Shown piece after piece: positions 1 to 8,193 of a DNA stretch of 32,000 nt. Below the pieces are notes generated by a model. It searched no databases. It saw nothing but the letters and a program-made list of their open reading frames with translations, and was not told the DNA's origin. The DNA is from Nitrosococcus oceani ATCC 19707 (GTDB lineage: Bacteria > Pseudomonadota > Gammaproteobacteria > Nitrosococcales > Nitrosococcaceae), in contig NC_007484.1 in the NCBI RefSeq assembly GCF_000012805.1, positions 720,001 through 752,000 on the forward strand. Reading direction: 5' to 3'. The position numbers and the translations under genes were made by a program. Positions within the stretch are counted from its first letter, which is position 1. Each line of letters opens with the position of its first letter.

Positions 1-28
1 TGGATTCGGCGTCAGTCTGAAGACCAGC

Positions 29-424
29 ATGGGGACGCGGGTGAGCACGATGACAAGTGAACAGGACGATACGAACGACCAGCTGGAACGATCCCTGATC
101 GATGTTGCAGTCGAGAGCTGGAGATTTGCCCGACTGTTCTCCCGTCTTGTCAACAAACTGGATGCTGGCGAATCCACTCGTTACGTCAACCAGCTGCGCT
201 ACTTCCAGAAAAAGCTTGAAGAGAGCCTGGATGCCAGTGGCCTGAAACTGGTGAATGTTGAAGGTCAGCCATATGACCCTGGAATGGCTGCATCGGCGCT
301 TAATATTGGGGATTTCGGCCCTGATGATGAGTTGCTGGTTGATCAAATGGTGGAGCCCATCATCATGGGGCCAGAAGGCTTGCGCAAGCAGGGCACGGTA
401 ATGCTTAGGAAGGTGCATGCATGA
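29..424 (+). CDS. GrpE-like nucleotide-exchange factor (short, divergent)
   Basis: ORF track 29..424. The C-terminal half 'GLKLVNVEGQPYDPGMAASAL...VEPIIMGPEGLRKQGTVMLRK' follows the GrpE beta-domain pattern (G..[FY]DP...A ... lR.a.V.V). The stop overlaps the Hsp70 start (ATGA at 421-424). Start choice is uncertain (ATG 29 vs ATG 50). Assignment is by motif memory only. Confidence 0.55.
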   Translation: MGTRVSTMTSEQDDTNDQLERSLIDVAVESWRFARLFSRLVNKLDAGESTRYVNQLRYFQKKLEESLDASGLKLVNVEGQPYDPGMAASALNIGDFGPDDELLVDQMVEPIIMGPEGLRKQGTVMLRKVHA

Positions 425-2913
425 AATACGTCGGGATTGATCTTGGAACAACGAACAGTGCAATTTGCTCCTATGACGGAGAGTCGGTGCGCCTTTACAA
501 AAGTCCCGATCAAAATGACGTCACGCCATCAGCCATTTTTATTGATAGACGGGGCAACAAATACTTAGGCAAGCGAGCCTATGATAGTGCGGCCAAGAAT
601 CCTGATAATGCCGCTACGAAATTTAAGCGCATGATGGGGACCAGTACCCCAGTCAAGCTTGCCGCCGTTGATATCACCATGACGCCAGAGGAGTGTTCGT
701 CGGAGATCCTCAAGCTCTGCTTTGGGTATTTACCAGAGGAAATTAGAAACGGTGGAGAAACCGGAACCGTAATCACCGTTCCTGCCGCTTTTAATCAGAT
801 GCAAAAGGACGCCACGTTGGCTGCTGCTGAAATGGCTGGCCTGGGTAGCGTCGCGTTAATGCAAGAGCCAGTTGCGGCTGTCATGTGTGTTATGAAACAG
901 CGCAAAGGCGACGGCGTTTTTCTGGTGTTCGATCTCGGTGGTGGGACACTGGATATTGCGATTGCTGAAAGTATCAGTGGACGGGTGAGCCTGCTGGCTC
1001 ATGGTGGTGTCGCGATGTGTGGTGGCACCGACTTCGATCGCGCCATTCTTGATAACGTGGTCAAGCCATGGTTGATGTCCACCTTTGATCTTCCTGACGA
1101 TTTCAGCGCGAATTCGAAATACAAATCGCTTCTGAGAATGTGTCTTTGGGCCTCGGAAAAGGCAAAGATTGAATTGTCGGCAAAAGAGGACGCTGTCATC
1201 AGCCTCACAGAGTCTGATTTAGGTGTTAATGATGAATCTGGTGATGAAATCTATGTCGATATCCCCTTTACCAGAGAGCTGCTCGATAGCTTGATCGCCG
1301 ACAAGGTCGATGAATCTATCCAATCGGCTCGAGATACACTCGAGAAAGCGGGTCTGAGTCCTCATGATGTCGAGCGCGTCGTGTTCATCGGCGGACCAAC
1401 CCAATACAAACCGCTGCGTGATCGAGTCGCGTTTGAGCTCGGCATAGCACCATCATCCGATATGAATCCCATGACGGCCGTCGCAGAGGGCGCAGCCGTT
1501 TTTGCAGAATCGATCGACTGGAGTTCACAAAGCCGTGGCCGAAAGAATGCTCGGGGAGCACTCAGCACCGGCGGCTCGTTGGACCTCTCTTTCAATTACA
1601 TATCAAGAACGCCGGATTCGAAGGCGAAAATTGTAGCGAAACTTGGAGGGGATGCAGCGGCAGGCGTTGAGTTTCAGATCGATAGCCTGGATACCGGTTG
1701 GTCCTCGGGGCGAATGGCTCTTCAAGACGGGGCTGGCGTCGAACTCTCCCTGGCGAAGCCCGGGGAAAACACATTCAAAGTGTTTGTATTCGACTCCAAG
1801 GGTGGGCCTGTCGCATTAGGCGATGACAAAATTGTTATATCGCGAACAGCAGCCAGTATTGATGCCATTCCTGCGTCGCACTCGATCGGTGTCGAGGCGC
1901 GGGACAAGCTTGGTGGGCGTCTCGTCCTCGATCATCTTGTTCGCGAAGGTGATCAATTGCCAAAGAAAGGCAAGAAAATCTTCAAAACGGAGGAGTCACT
2001 CCGGGCAGGCAGTACCGGCTCGATCAAGTTCAAACTGTGGGAGGGCGAGATTTCCGACCCGGTAAACGACAATCGATTCATTGGTATGTTCGAGATCAAG
2101 GGATCTGATTTTGATGACGGTGTGATCGCCGCTGGTGCCGAGCTGGTTTGTGAGTATGAAGTGCTGGATTCCGGGAACATCGTGATGGAGGTTTCAGTGC
2201 CTTCGATCGGTGGTTCCTTTCATAGTGGGCGCAATTTCTACTCTCGTCAGGACGGTCAGATTGACTACACAAAGGCGTCCAAGCTCGTTGAGGAACAGTC
2301 GGAAAATACACTTCAACGTCTTGAGGAAATGGCTTCCAAGATTGACGATTCGAAGTTGGATCAAGCGCGAGAAAAGCTTGAGCGAGCTGAGTCTATCAGT
2401 AGTAGCGAATCCGATCCCGAAACGGCGAAGCAGGCAATGGACGATGTCCAGGAAGCCAAACGGCTATTGGCTCTTACTCGCAAGGAGCATTTGAAGGACA
2501 TTCGTCAGCTTGAGCTGGATAAGGCAATTGAGTTTTTCGATAAGGCAGTTCGAGAGCATGCTCGCCCTACTGAAGCCAATGCTTTCGACAATCTCGCCAA
2601 AACTGCCCAGCGTTCGATTGACAACAACAACGGCGACTTCGAATCGCATCTGGACGAACTGCGTGGAAAGAACTTTATGATCCTGTGGCGTCAGGACTGG
2701 TTTGTCATCGATCGCTTTAAATGGCTTGCTCAGGACACTTACCTGTTCCCCGATGCAAGAGAGCATGCGGAGCTAGTCGCAACTGGCGCCGAGGCACTCA
2801 AGGCGAACGATATCGACAAGTTGCGAGCGGTAGTCGCACATCTCGACTCGGTACGCATTGGTTCAGCGGGCGAAGATGAAATGATGGTTGGCGCAAATAT
2901 AGTTCGGAGTTAA
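421..2913 (+). CDS. Non-canonical Hsp70/DnaK-family ATPase (830 aa) with an inserted domain and a long helical tail
   Basis: Hsp70 nucleotide-binding-domain motifs are present: 'MKYVGIDLGTTNSA', 'ITVPAAFNQMQKDAT', 'VFDLGGGTLDIAI', 'VVFIGGPTQYKPLRDRV'. Further on, 'IPASHSIGVEARD...FKLWEGEISDPVNDNRFIGMFEI...ELVCEYEVLDSGNIVMEV' resembles the Hsp70 substrate-binding beta domain. There is extra sequence between the two domains and a helical C-terminus of about 230 aa. Length is 830 aa versus about 640 aa for housekeeping DnaK. Confidence 0.9.
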   Translation: MKYVGIDLGTTNSAICSYDGESVRLYKSPDQNDVTPSAIFIDRRGNKYLGKRAYDSAAKNPDNAATKFKRMMGTSTPVKLAAVDITMTPEECSSEILKLCFGYLPEEIRNGGETGTVITVPAAFNQMQKDATLAAAEMAGLGSVALMQEPVAAVMCVMKQRKGDGVFLVFDLGGGTLDIAIAESISGRVSLLAHGGVAMCGGTDFDRAILDNVVKPWLMSTFDLPDDFSANSKYKSLLRMCLWASEKAKIELSAKEDAVISLTESDLGVNDESGDEIYVDIPFTRELLDSLIADKVDESIQSARDTLEKAGLSPHDVERVVFIGGPTQYKPLRDRVAFELGIAPSSDMNPMTAVAEGAAVFAESIDWSSQSRGRKNARGALSTGGSLDLSFNYISRTPDSKAKIVAKLGGDAAAGVEFQIDSLDTGWSSGRMALQDGAGVELSLAKPGENTFKVFVFDSKGGPVALGDDKIVISRTAASIDAIPASHSIGVEARDKLGGRLVLDHLVREGDQLPKKGKKIFKTEESLRAGSTGSIKFKLWEGEISDPVNDNRFIGMFEIKGSDFDDGVIAAGAELVCEYEVLDSGNIVMEVSVPSIGGSFHSGRNFYSRQDGQIDYTKASKLVEEQSENTLQRLEEMASKIDDSKLDQAREKLERAESISSSESDPETAKQAMDDVQEAKRLLALTRKEHLKDIRQLELDKAIEFFDKAVREHARPTEANAFDNLAKTAQRSIDNNNGDFESHLDELRGKNFMILWRQDWFVIDRFKWLAQDTYLFPDAREHAELVATGAEALKANDIDKLRAVVAHLDSVRIGSAGEDEMMVGANIVRS

Positions 2914-2918
2914 CAAAT

Positions 2919-4361
2919 ATGCCCCTTGATGCGTGGCTCCCTGTTGGGTACAAATTGCCGGATGGCGCTAAGGTCCGCGTCGCTGTCTCTGAGGGGGTAA
3001 ATTGGCAAATTTGCGAGACCCACGGCGGTGGGCGAGCGCTCGTTGTTCAGCACGAACTCGCCAGCCGATGGATAGATGCCGGGCTGATCACAGAGGGGCC
3101 GATTAGGTTCTTTGATTTCGGCAACCAGCAATACGGGGCAATCGCTTGCGGTGCAGACCAGGTGTTATGCCCGATTGTAGAGGGAAACTCGCCGGACACG
3201 AAGGCTGAGGCTTTGTCGTTCGCGTTGGCGCTGAAGGCGACCCGCGACATAGATTCAGACTCACCGTTACAGGACGCTCTATACGTCGAAAAGATCAGCC
3301 GCCTTCTACCTACTTACAGCATTACAGCAAGAACCGACGATGATGTAGTACTTGGTTACTGGCTCACTGGTGGAGCGACTGTGTCTGCGAAATCGTTTCG
3401 CCGACTTCGTCAGACCATGAGCTGGCTAAGTGCAAGCCACCTCCAGGAGGTTGTTCAAGCTGGTGGGTTCGAAGTCGCTGAAGTTATACCGGCTGACCGG
3501 TCTCGAAGCTTGCCTTCGCGGCCAGATAACAAGCAAGCAGAGCGTACCGATCGAAAAGAAGAGCCGCGTGATCAGCAACACGCGTCGAAAGCCTTTGAAT
3601 TGGCTGGGCGACCTGACCTCGCCGCCTTCTTCAATGAGCATATCGTTGACATCATCCAAAACCGTGATCGTTATAAGGCTCTTGGTATTGAGTTCCCGTC
3701 GGCCATAGTTTTGCACGGACCTCCCGGATGTGGAAAGACGTTTGCGGTAGAGCGACTGATCGACTTCCTCGGTTGGCCAAGCTTTCAGATTGACGCTTCC
3801 AGCGTTGCTAGCCCCTACATTCATGAAACCAGCAAGAAGGTAGCCGAGGTTTTTGATAAGGCGATGGAGAATGCACCGTCTGTGTTGGTTATCGACGAGA
3901 TGGAGGCATTTCTGGCAGATCGCGAGACCGGTTCCGGCCATCATCGTGTCGAGGAAGTGGCTGAATTCCTGCGCCGGATTCCAGAAGCTGCAAAGAACGA
4001 CGTGCTTATTGTCGCGATGACAAACCGTGTCGATATGATTGATCCGGCCATCTTGAGGCGGGGCCGCTTTGATCATGTGGTCAATGTTGACTTTGCCAGC
4101 GAAGTAGAAGTGCTCTCATTGCTGGAGAAGTTGCTGTCAACCTTACCCAAAGAGGATGACGTTGACCCGACGCCATTTGCCCAGGAGCTCGCTGGGCGAC
4201 CGTTATCAGATGTGGCTTTTGTTGTCCGCGAGGGAGCTAGGCTTGCGGCACGGGCTGGCAAGGACAGATTGGATCAGGACAGCCTGCTCACAGCAATGCA
4301 TGCGGCACCAGCCAGAGAGCGCGAAGGCGCTAAGCGGCATCCGATTGGCTTCATCCGGTAA
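2919..4361 (+). CDS. AAA+ ATPase (classical AAA clade, single ATPase module) with an uncharacterised N-terminal domain of about 230 aa
   Basis: Walker A 'GPPGCGKT', Walker B 'VLVIDEME', and 'AMTNRVDMIDPAILRRGRFD' (second region of homology/arginine fingers). It starts 5 nt after the Hsp70 stop. Confidence 0.9.
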   Translation: MPLDAWLPVGYKLPDGAKVRVAVSEGVNWQICETHGGGRALVVQHELASRWIDAGLITEGPIRFFDFGNQQYGAIACGADQVLCPIVEGNSPDTKAEALSFALALKATRDIDSDSPLQDALYVEKISRLLPTYSITARTDDDVVLGYWLTGGATVSAKSFRRLRQTMSWLSASHLQEVVQAGGFEVAEVIPADRSRSLPSRPDNKQAERTDRKEEPRDQQHASKAFELAGRPDLAAFFNEHIVDIIQNRDRYKALGIEFPSAIVLHGPPGCGKTFAVERLIDFLGWPSFQIDASSVASPYIHETSKKVAEVFDKAMENAPSVLVIDEMEAFLADRETGSGHHRVEEVAEFLRRIPEAAKNDVLIVAMTNRVDMIDPAILRRGRFDHVVNVDFASEVEVLSLLEKLLSTLPKEDDVDPTPFAQELAGRPLSDVAFVVREGARLAARAGKDRLDQDSLLTAMHAAPAREREGAKRHPIGFIR

Positions 4362-4368
4362 GGCTAAC

Positions 4369-5826
4369 GTGAACGATGAAGAAGAAAAAAAACAGGGCGA
4401 GGGCAAAGGTTTTGCGGGTCTGTCATCAATGGTGTCAGATGTTGATGACGTCGTAAGCAGTAAACCGAAACAGCCCCAGAAGCCCCACTCTGAACCGCCT
4501 CCAAAACAGACTGCCGGCGGTAGTCAGCAGCCGAAACAAACGTCAACCAAACCAACCTCGCAGACTTATCAGGCACCTGCACAACCATCGGGCGGCTCAT
4601 CAGCGGGCAAGTGGTTTGTGGGAATTGCTGTGGTTATTGGCCTCATCTGGCTTGCTAACCAATCAGACAACAACAGGCCATCGAAGTCGGGTTATTCCCC
4701 AGGATCTTCTTCAACTTCCACAGCGCCGACCAGCCAACCAGTAATCGCGCAGCCCCAGGCGCCGAGTCGTCCATCTGAAAGCAAGCCTTCCGTTGGTCGA
4801 AACAATGTCCTTTCAACTGCGCAGATCCGCTACTGTTTGGCCGAGAAAATTCGGCTCGATGCAGCAGAGGTGGTTCTCAATAATTACAGCGATTCGGACG
4901 TGGATCGCTTTAATGGGTATGTGAACGACTATAACAGCCGTTGTGGTGAGTTCCGCTACCGCCAGGGCGCCCTTGAGAGCGCTCGAAGAGATGTCGATCC
5001 ATACCGTAGTCAATTACAGGCCGAGGGGCGGAACAGATTTGTTCGTAGTCCTGCTACAACAGCGAACGCTCCGGCCTCTACTCAAGCATCTAAGCCCTCT
5101 CGCCCTACGCCAGACGCAACGGTGCTGGCTATTCAGCGTCGATTGAATGAGCTCGGGTATAACGCGGGTACGCCTGATGGTTTGTTCGGGAACAAAACAC
5201 GGTCTGCAATTCAGGCTTTTCAACGGGATAACGCAGTGGCCACCGATGGCGTAGCTAGTCGTTCCCTTCTTTCTCAATTGAATGCTAGTACGCCGAGGGC
5301 TAGCGGACAATTCGATGGGCTCAATTCACTTAGTGGTAAAGCTGAGTTAAAGGGCGGATCAGCGCCAAACGTTGTTCGGCGTCCCGAACCAAGTAGGGAC
5401 AGAGAAAATTTCGCGACATGTATATCCGGTGAGTACCCATCACTCTGCAAGCATTCGTTGCTGACTCGAGAGGAGGCCGTGCAAGTAGAAGCTGCAGAAA
5501 AGCGCGCGAACTTCGGTACTTGTATATCAGGTGAGTATCCATCGCTATGTAAACATTCATGGCTCACCAGAGAAGAAGCAGCTCAAGTGAACATTGCGGA
5601 AAAGAGAGCTAACTATCGGACATGTATCACCGGAGAGTATCCGTCTCTCTGCAAGCACTCCTTGTTGACTGGCGAAGAAGCAATACAAGTCCAAGTCGCA
5701 GAGCGGCGGGCTAATTTCAGAACATGCATATCTGGAGATTACCCGTCACTGTGCAAGCACTCTCTGCTCACACCAGATGAGGCCTTAAAGGTAGCGGAAG
5801 CGGAACGGCGAGCGAAAGGAAGATAG
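4369..5826 (+). CDS. Single-pass membrane protein with a peptidoglycan-binding (PG_binding_1-like) domain and four C-terminal Cys-pair repeats
   Basis: The track ORF 4156..5826 overlaps the AAA gene by 206 nt. I place the start at GTG 4369 (AAGG 5 nt upstream, 7 nt after the AAA stop); ATG 4429 is the alternative. It has a Pro/Gln/Ser-rich N-terminal tail and one TM helix, 'WFVGIAVVIGLIWLA'. 'LAIQRRLNELGYNAGTPDGLFGNKTRSAIQAFQRDN' matches the PG_binding_1 signature. Four 34-aa repeats follow. Confidence 0.8.
   Translation: MNDEEEKKQGEGKGFAGLSSMVSDVDDVVSSKPKQPQKPHSEPPPKQTAGGSQQPKQTSTKPTSQTYQAPAQPSGGSSAGKWFVGIAVVIGLIWLANQSDNNRPSKSGYSPGSSSTSTAPTSQPVIAQPQAPSRPSESKPSVGRNNVLSTAQIRYCLAEKIRLDAAEVVLNNYSDSDVDRFNGYVNDYNSRCGEFRYRQGALESARRDVDPYRSQLQAEGRNRFVRSPATTANAPASTQASKPSRPTPDATVLAIQRRLNELGYNAGTPDGLFGNKTRSAIQAFQRDNAVATDGVASRSLLSQLNASTPRASGQFDGLNSLSGKAELKGGSAPNVVRRPEPSRDRENFATCISGEYPSLCKHSLLTREEAVQVEAAEKRANFGTCISGEYPSLCKHSWLTREEAAQVNIAEKRANYRTCITGEYPSLCKHSLLTGEEAIQVQVAERRANFRTCISGDYPSLCKHSLLTPDEALKVAEAERRAKGR
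5407..5814 (+). repeat. 4 x 102-bp in-frame tandem coding repeat (34-aa unit N[FY]xTCI[ST]G[ED]YPSLCKHSxLTxxEAxxVxxAE[KR]RA)
   Basis: Read directly from the translation, residues 418-553 of the track ORF. The four consecutive units are NFATCISGEYPSLCKHSLLTREEAVQVEAAEKRA, NFGTCISGEYPSLCKHSWLTREEAAQVNIAEKRA, NYRTCITGEYPSLCKHSLLTGEEAIQVQVAERRA and NFRTCISGDYPSLCKHSLLTPDEALKVAEAERRA. The DNA copies have diverged at synonymous positions. Confidence 0.9.
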
Positions 5827-5901
5827 AGATATGCATCGAGAATTTCTTGCTGAACCGAGTTGGCGGGTTGGTCATCTGATCAATATTGGAGGGCAGATCA
5901 G

Positions 5902-7911
5902 ATGACCAAAGCAATTTGTTTTAGCTGTGGTGCTGAAAAATTTGGTGCGCTAACCCAATGTGGGGCATGCAAATCAACACCCAGAGTAGAGGGTGATCTA
6001 GCTTTGTCCCTTGTTCTTTCTGATCATCTTTCGTCGGAAACGCAGTTGGAAGTATTGGCCCATGAAATCCGGAGTCATCTAAAACTCACTGTACCTGAAG
6101 CTCTTCTTCGTCAAGCACACGAAGCTCTTAAGGACCCTCAACTACTTGCAATGCTGGGAACTGGTCCTGGGAATGCAACTGATGGATCACAGGCGCGACC
6201 TACACCTCGAACTGCGCGGCCTGGATCACCACCGACGACCCGTTCATCGTCGAACCGACGCCAACGGAGTCTGCATCAATCAGAGCTTCAACAAAATCCC
6301 TTTGCGCTGCTCGGCGTTACCACTAGGGATGATCGGCGCCGGATTGTTGAGCTGGCAGAGGAAAAGTCACTGGAGCTGGATCATGACGCGTGCCAAAAGG
6401 CGCGCTCTGACCTTACCAGCCCGAGGATGAGGTTGAGTGCAGAAATGTCCTGGCTGCCCGGCGTCTCGCCAGGGAAGGCCGCACAGTTTGTTTCCGCGCT
6501 GCATTCTGACCCGATGTCGGTTCGTGAGGAGTCGGGCCTGCCGACTCTTGCTCACTTGAACCTCCTGGCGTCGGCATTTGAGGCTATAGACGGCAATGAT
6601 TCAGCAGATGATGTCGCTGAATTTATCCAGGAGATGGCGTATCTGGTGGACGACCTCTCTGCGGAACAGGTGCTGCGCGATATCAACGAAGACCGTTCGG
6701 TATCTGGTTTTCCCGAAGTCAAGGGTATCGAACAGGTGGAGGCTGAGCTGTCCGAGCGAAAGCGCTATTACCGTAACGCAATCAAAGACGCTTTAAACAG
6801 GCTTCCGCCTGCTTCTCTTGTCGATGCCATGACTACTGCCGTCGACCAAATTACCGGTGGCGGAGAAGATCACGCACCGGAACTCATCGACGACCTGGTG
6901 GATAGCTATGCCGTTGAGACACAAGGATTCTTGCAGAAAGAAGCGGAGAGTGTAGAGAAGCTGATCAATGCAGCCAGGGACTCAGCTACGTCAGGTGAAA
7001 AGGTAGTAAAGCCGATTGTAGACAAGCTGGTGGTAGTCGCCAGGAATTGGGACAAGGTTGCACAACCAATTCAGCTTAGCGCAAAGGCAAGAGGAATCGA
7101 TCACGATCCGAGCCATGAAATTGCCTATTCAATACGAAGCCTCGCGATTGATCTATTTAACGAGCATGACATGCTTGATCAATCGCAGAGACTTACTGAG
7201 CTGATTCAAGAGCTTTTTGCAGAGCTACCCGAAGTTGTAGAAAGGGTAGAGCAAGATTCAGAAGCGCTTGCCGATATTTTTCAGAACCGAAAAATGAATG
7301 AGGCGCAGAAAGATGAATGGGCCCGCGACATCACCTATCGAGCTGAAGTCGGGGTGATGTTCAAAGATGTATTAAGTATCTCGCCGGATGGGCTTAGTTG
7401 GAAAAACCAACGGTTTCCGTTAGATGCCGTTACCCGCGTGCGATGGGGAGCTGTGCGTCACTCTGTTAACGGCATACCTACCGGCACAACCTATACGCTC
7501 GCATTTGGCGACAATCGTTCAGAGGCAGTTGTCGAGCTAAAGAAGGAATCAACATACTCCACGTTTCTAGAGAAGCTGTGGAAGGCTGTCGTTATTCGAT
7601 TACTGACAGAATTGTTTGAGACATTGCAAGGCGGAAACGAGGTCCGTTTCGGTGAAGCAACGCTCAGCGACGATGGAGTGACGTTGGTCAAACACAAATT
7701 TCTTGGGACCAATGAAAAAGTTCGTTGCTCGTGGGGGCAAGTTCATGTGTGGAGTGCTGACGGCTCTTTTTATATCGGTTCCAAGGACGACAAAAAGACC
7801 TACGTCGGCCTGTCTTACATCCATGCTGCCAATACGCACGTCCTGGAACAGGCGATCAGAATGGCTTTTAAAAAGCCAGGAATGCGGCGGTTAAGCGACA
7901 TGCTTCAGTGA
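5902..7911 (+). CDS. Zinc-ribbon protein with a degenerate J-domain-like segment and two C-terminal beta-rich modules
   Basis: The track ORF begins at a non-ATG codon (5860). ATG 5902 has GGAGGG 8 nt upstream. 'CFSCG...CGAC' forms a zinc ribbon. 'NPFALLGVTTRDDRRRIVELAEE...ARSDLTSPRMRLSAEMSWL' resembles J-domain helices I-II and III-IV but has no HPD tripeptide. The C-terminus holds two similar modules ('ISPDGLSWKNQRFPLDAVTRVRWG', 'LSDDGVTLVKHKFLGTNEKVRCSWGQVHVW'). The CDS call is solid; the J-domain assignment is tentative. Confidence 0.7.
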   Translation: MTKAICFSCGAEKFGALTQCGACKSTPRVEGDLALSLVLSDHLSSETQLEVLAHEIRSHLKLTVPEALLRQAHEALKDPQLLAMLGTGPGNATDGSQARPTPRTARPGSPPTTRSSSNRRQRSLHQSELQQNPFALLGVTTRDDRRRIVELAEEKSLELDHDACQKARSDLTSPRMRLSAEMSWLPGVSPGKAAQFVSALHSDPMSVREESGLPTLAHLNLLASAFEAIDGNDSADDVAEFIQEMAYLVDDLSAEQVLRDINEDRSVSGFPEVKGIEQVEAELSERKRYYRNAIKDALNRLPPASLVDAMTTAVDQITGGGEDHAPELIDDLVDSYAVETQGFLQKEAESVEKLINAARDSATSGEKVVKPIVDKLVVVARNWDKVAQPIQLSAKARGIDHDPSHEIAYSIRSLAIDLFNEHDMLDQSQRLTELIQELFAELPEVVERVEQDSEALADIFQNRKMNEAQKDEWARDITYRAEVGVMFKDVLSISPDGLSWKNQRFPLDAVTRVRWGAVRHSVNGIPTGTTYTLAFGDNRSEAVVELKKESTYSTFLEKLWKAVVIRLLTELFETLQGGNEVRFGEATLSDDGVTLVKHKFLGTNEKVRCSWGQVHVWSADGSFYIGSKDDKKTYVGLSYIHAANTHVLEQAIRMAFKKPGMRRLSDMLQ

Positions 7912-7943
7912 AATCTTGTATTGCGGCATATTGAGGATCGACT

Positions 7944-8193
7944 ATGGGATTTATATCCAAATTATTTGGTGGTAACAAAGAGGACAAAGCACTTCGCGAA
8001 GCGTTTGAGCAGATACGACGCATCATTGAAGATGAGCAATTCCAGCTCGATATGATTCATCCTGCAATGAAGGCGATGATCGAGTCTCGACCTGCCTATG
8101 ATCAGGATCCGAACGGTACTGGACCCTTTGGGTTTTCCGAGACCAACCCGATTCCCGTAAATGGTTCAATTGGCCAACTTGCCTATTTATCTA
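7944..8193 (+). pseudogene. 5' part of a small hypothetical gene interrupted by an IS5-family insertion
   Basis: GAGGA lies upstream of ATG 7944. The ORF runs into the IS end at 8194 and terminates 3 codons inside it (track end 8204). Confidence 0.8.

Noticed and set aside
421-2913. Interpretation as the housekeeping dnaK gene
   Set aside because: Several features do not fit a housekeeping locus. The protein is 830 aa with an inserted domain and an atypical tail. It is flanked by a 131-aa GrpE-like ORF and an AAA ATPase rather than dnaJ. The associated J-like protein lacks HPD. The context is an accessory island.
3426-4076. 216-aa ORF on the minus strand inside the AAA+ gene
   Set aside because: It is fully antisense to a gene with unambiguous Walker A/B motifs. 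It has no motifs and no ribosome-binding context, so it is a typical shadow ORF.
4156-4368. Upstream 71 codons of track ORF 4156..5826 (would overlap the AAA gene by 206 nt)
   Set aside because: This stretch is the alternative frame of the well-supported AAA C-terminus, and its translation is Arg/Leu-rich nonsense. GTG 4369 lies just after the AAA stop and gives a sensible operon junction.
5407-5814. Regular 102-bp periodicity as a possible CRISPR-like or non-coding tandem array
   Set aside because: The repeats are contiguous with no spacers. They are in frame within a long ORF and are conserved at the protein rather than the DNA level, so they are a coding repeat.
5860-5901. Track start of the J-like gene at 5860
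   Set aside because: It is a non-ATG start without an SD. ATG 5902 is preceded by GGAGGG at optimal spacing.
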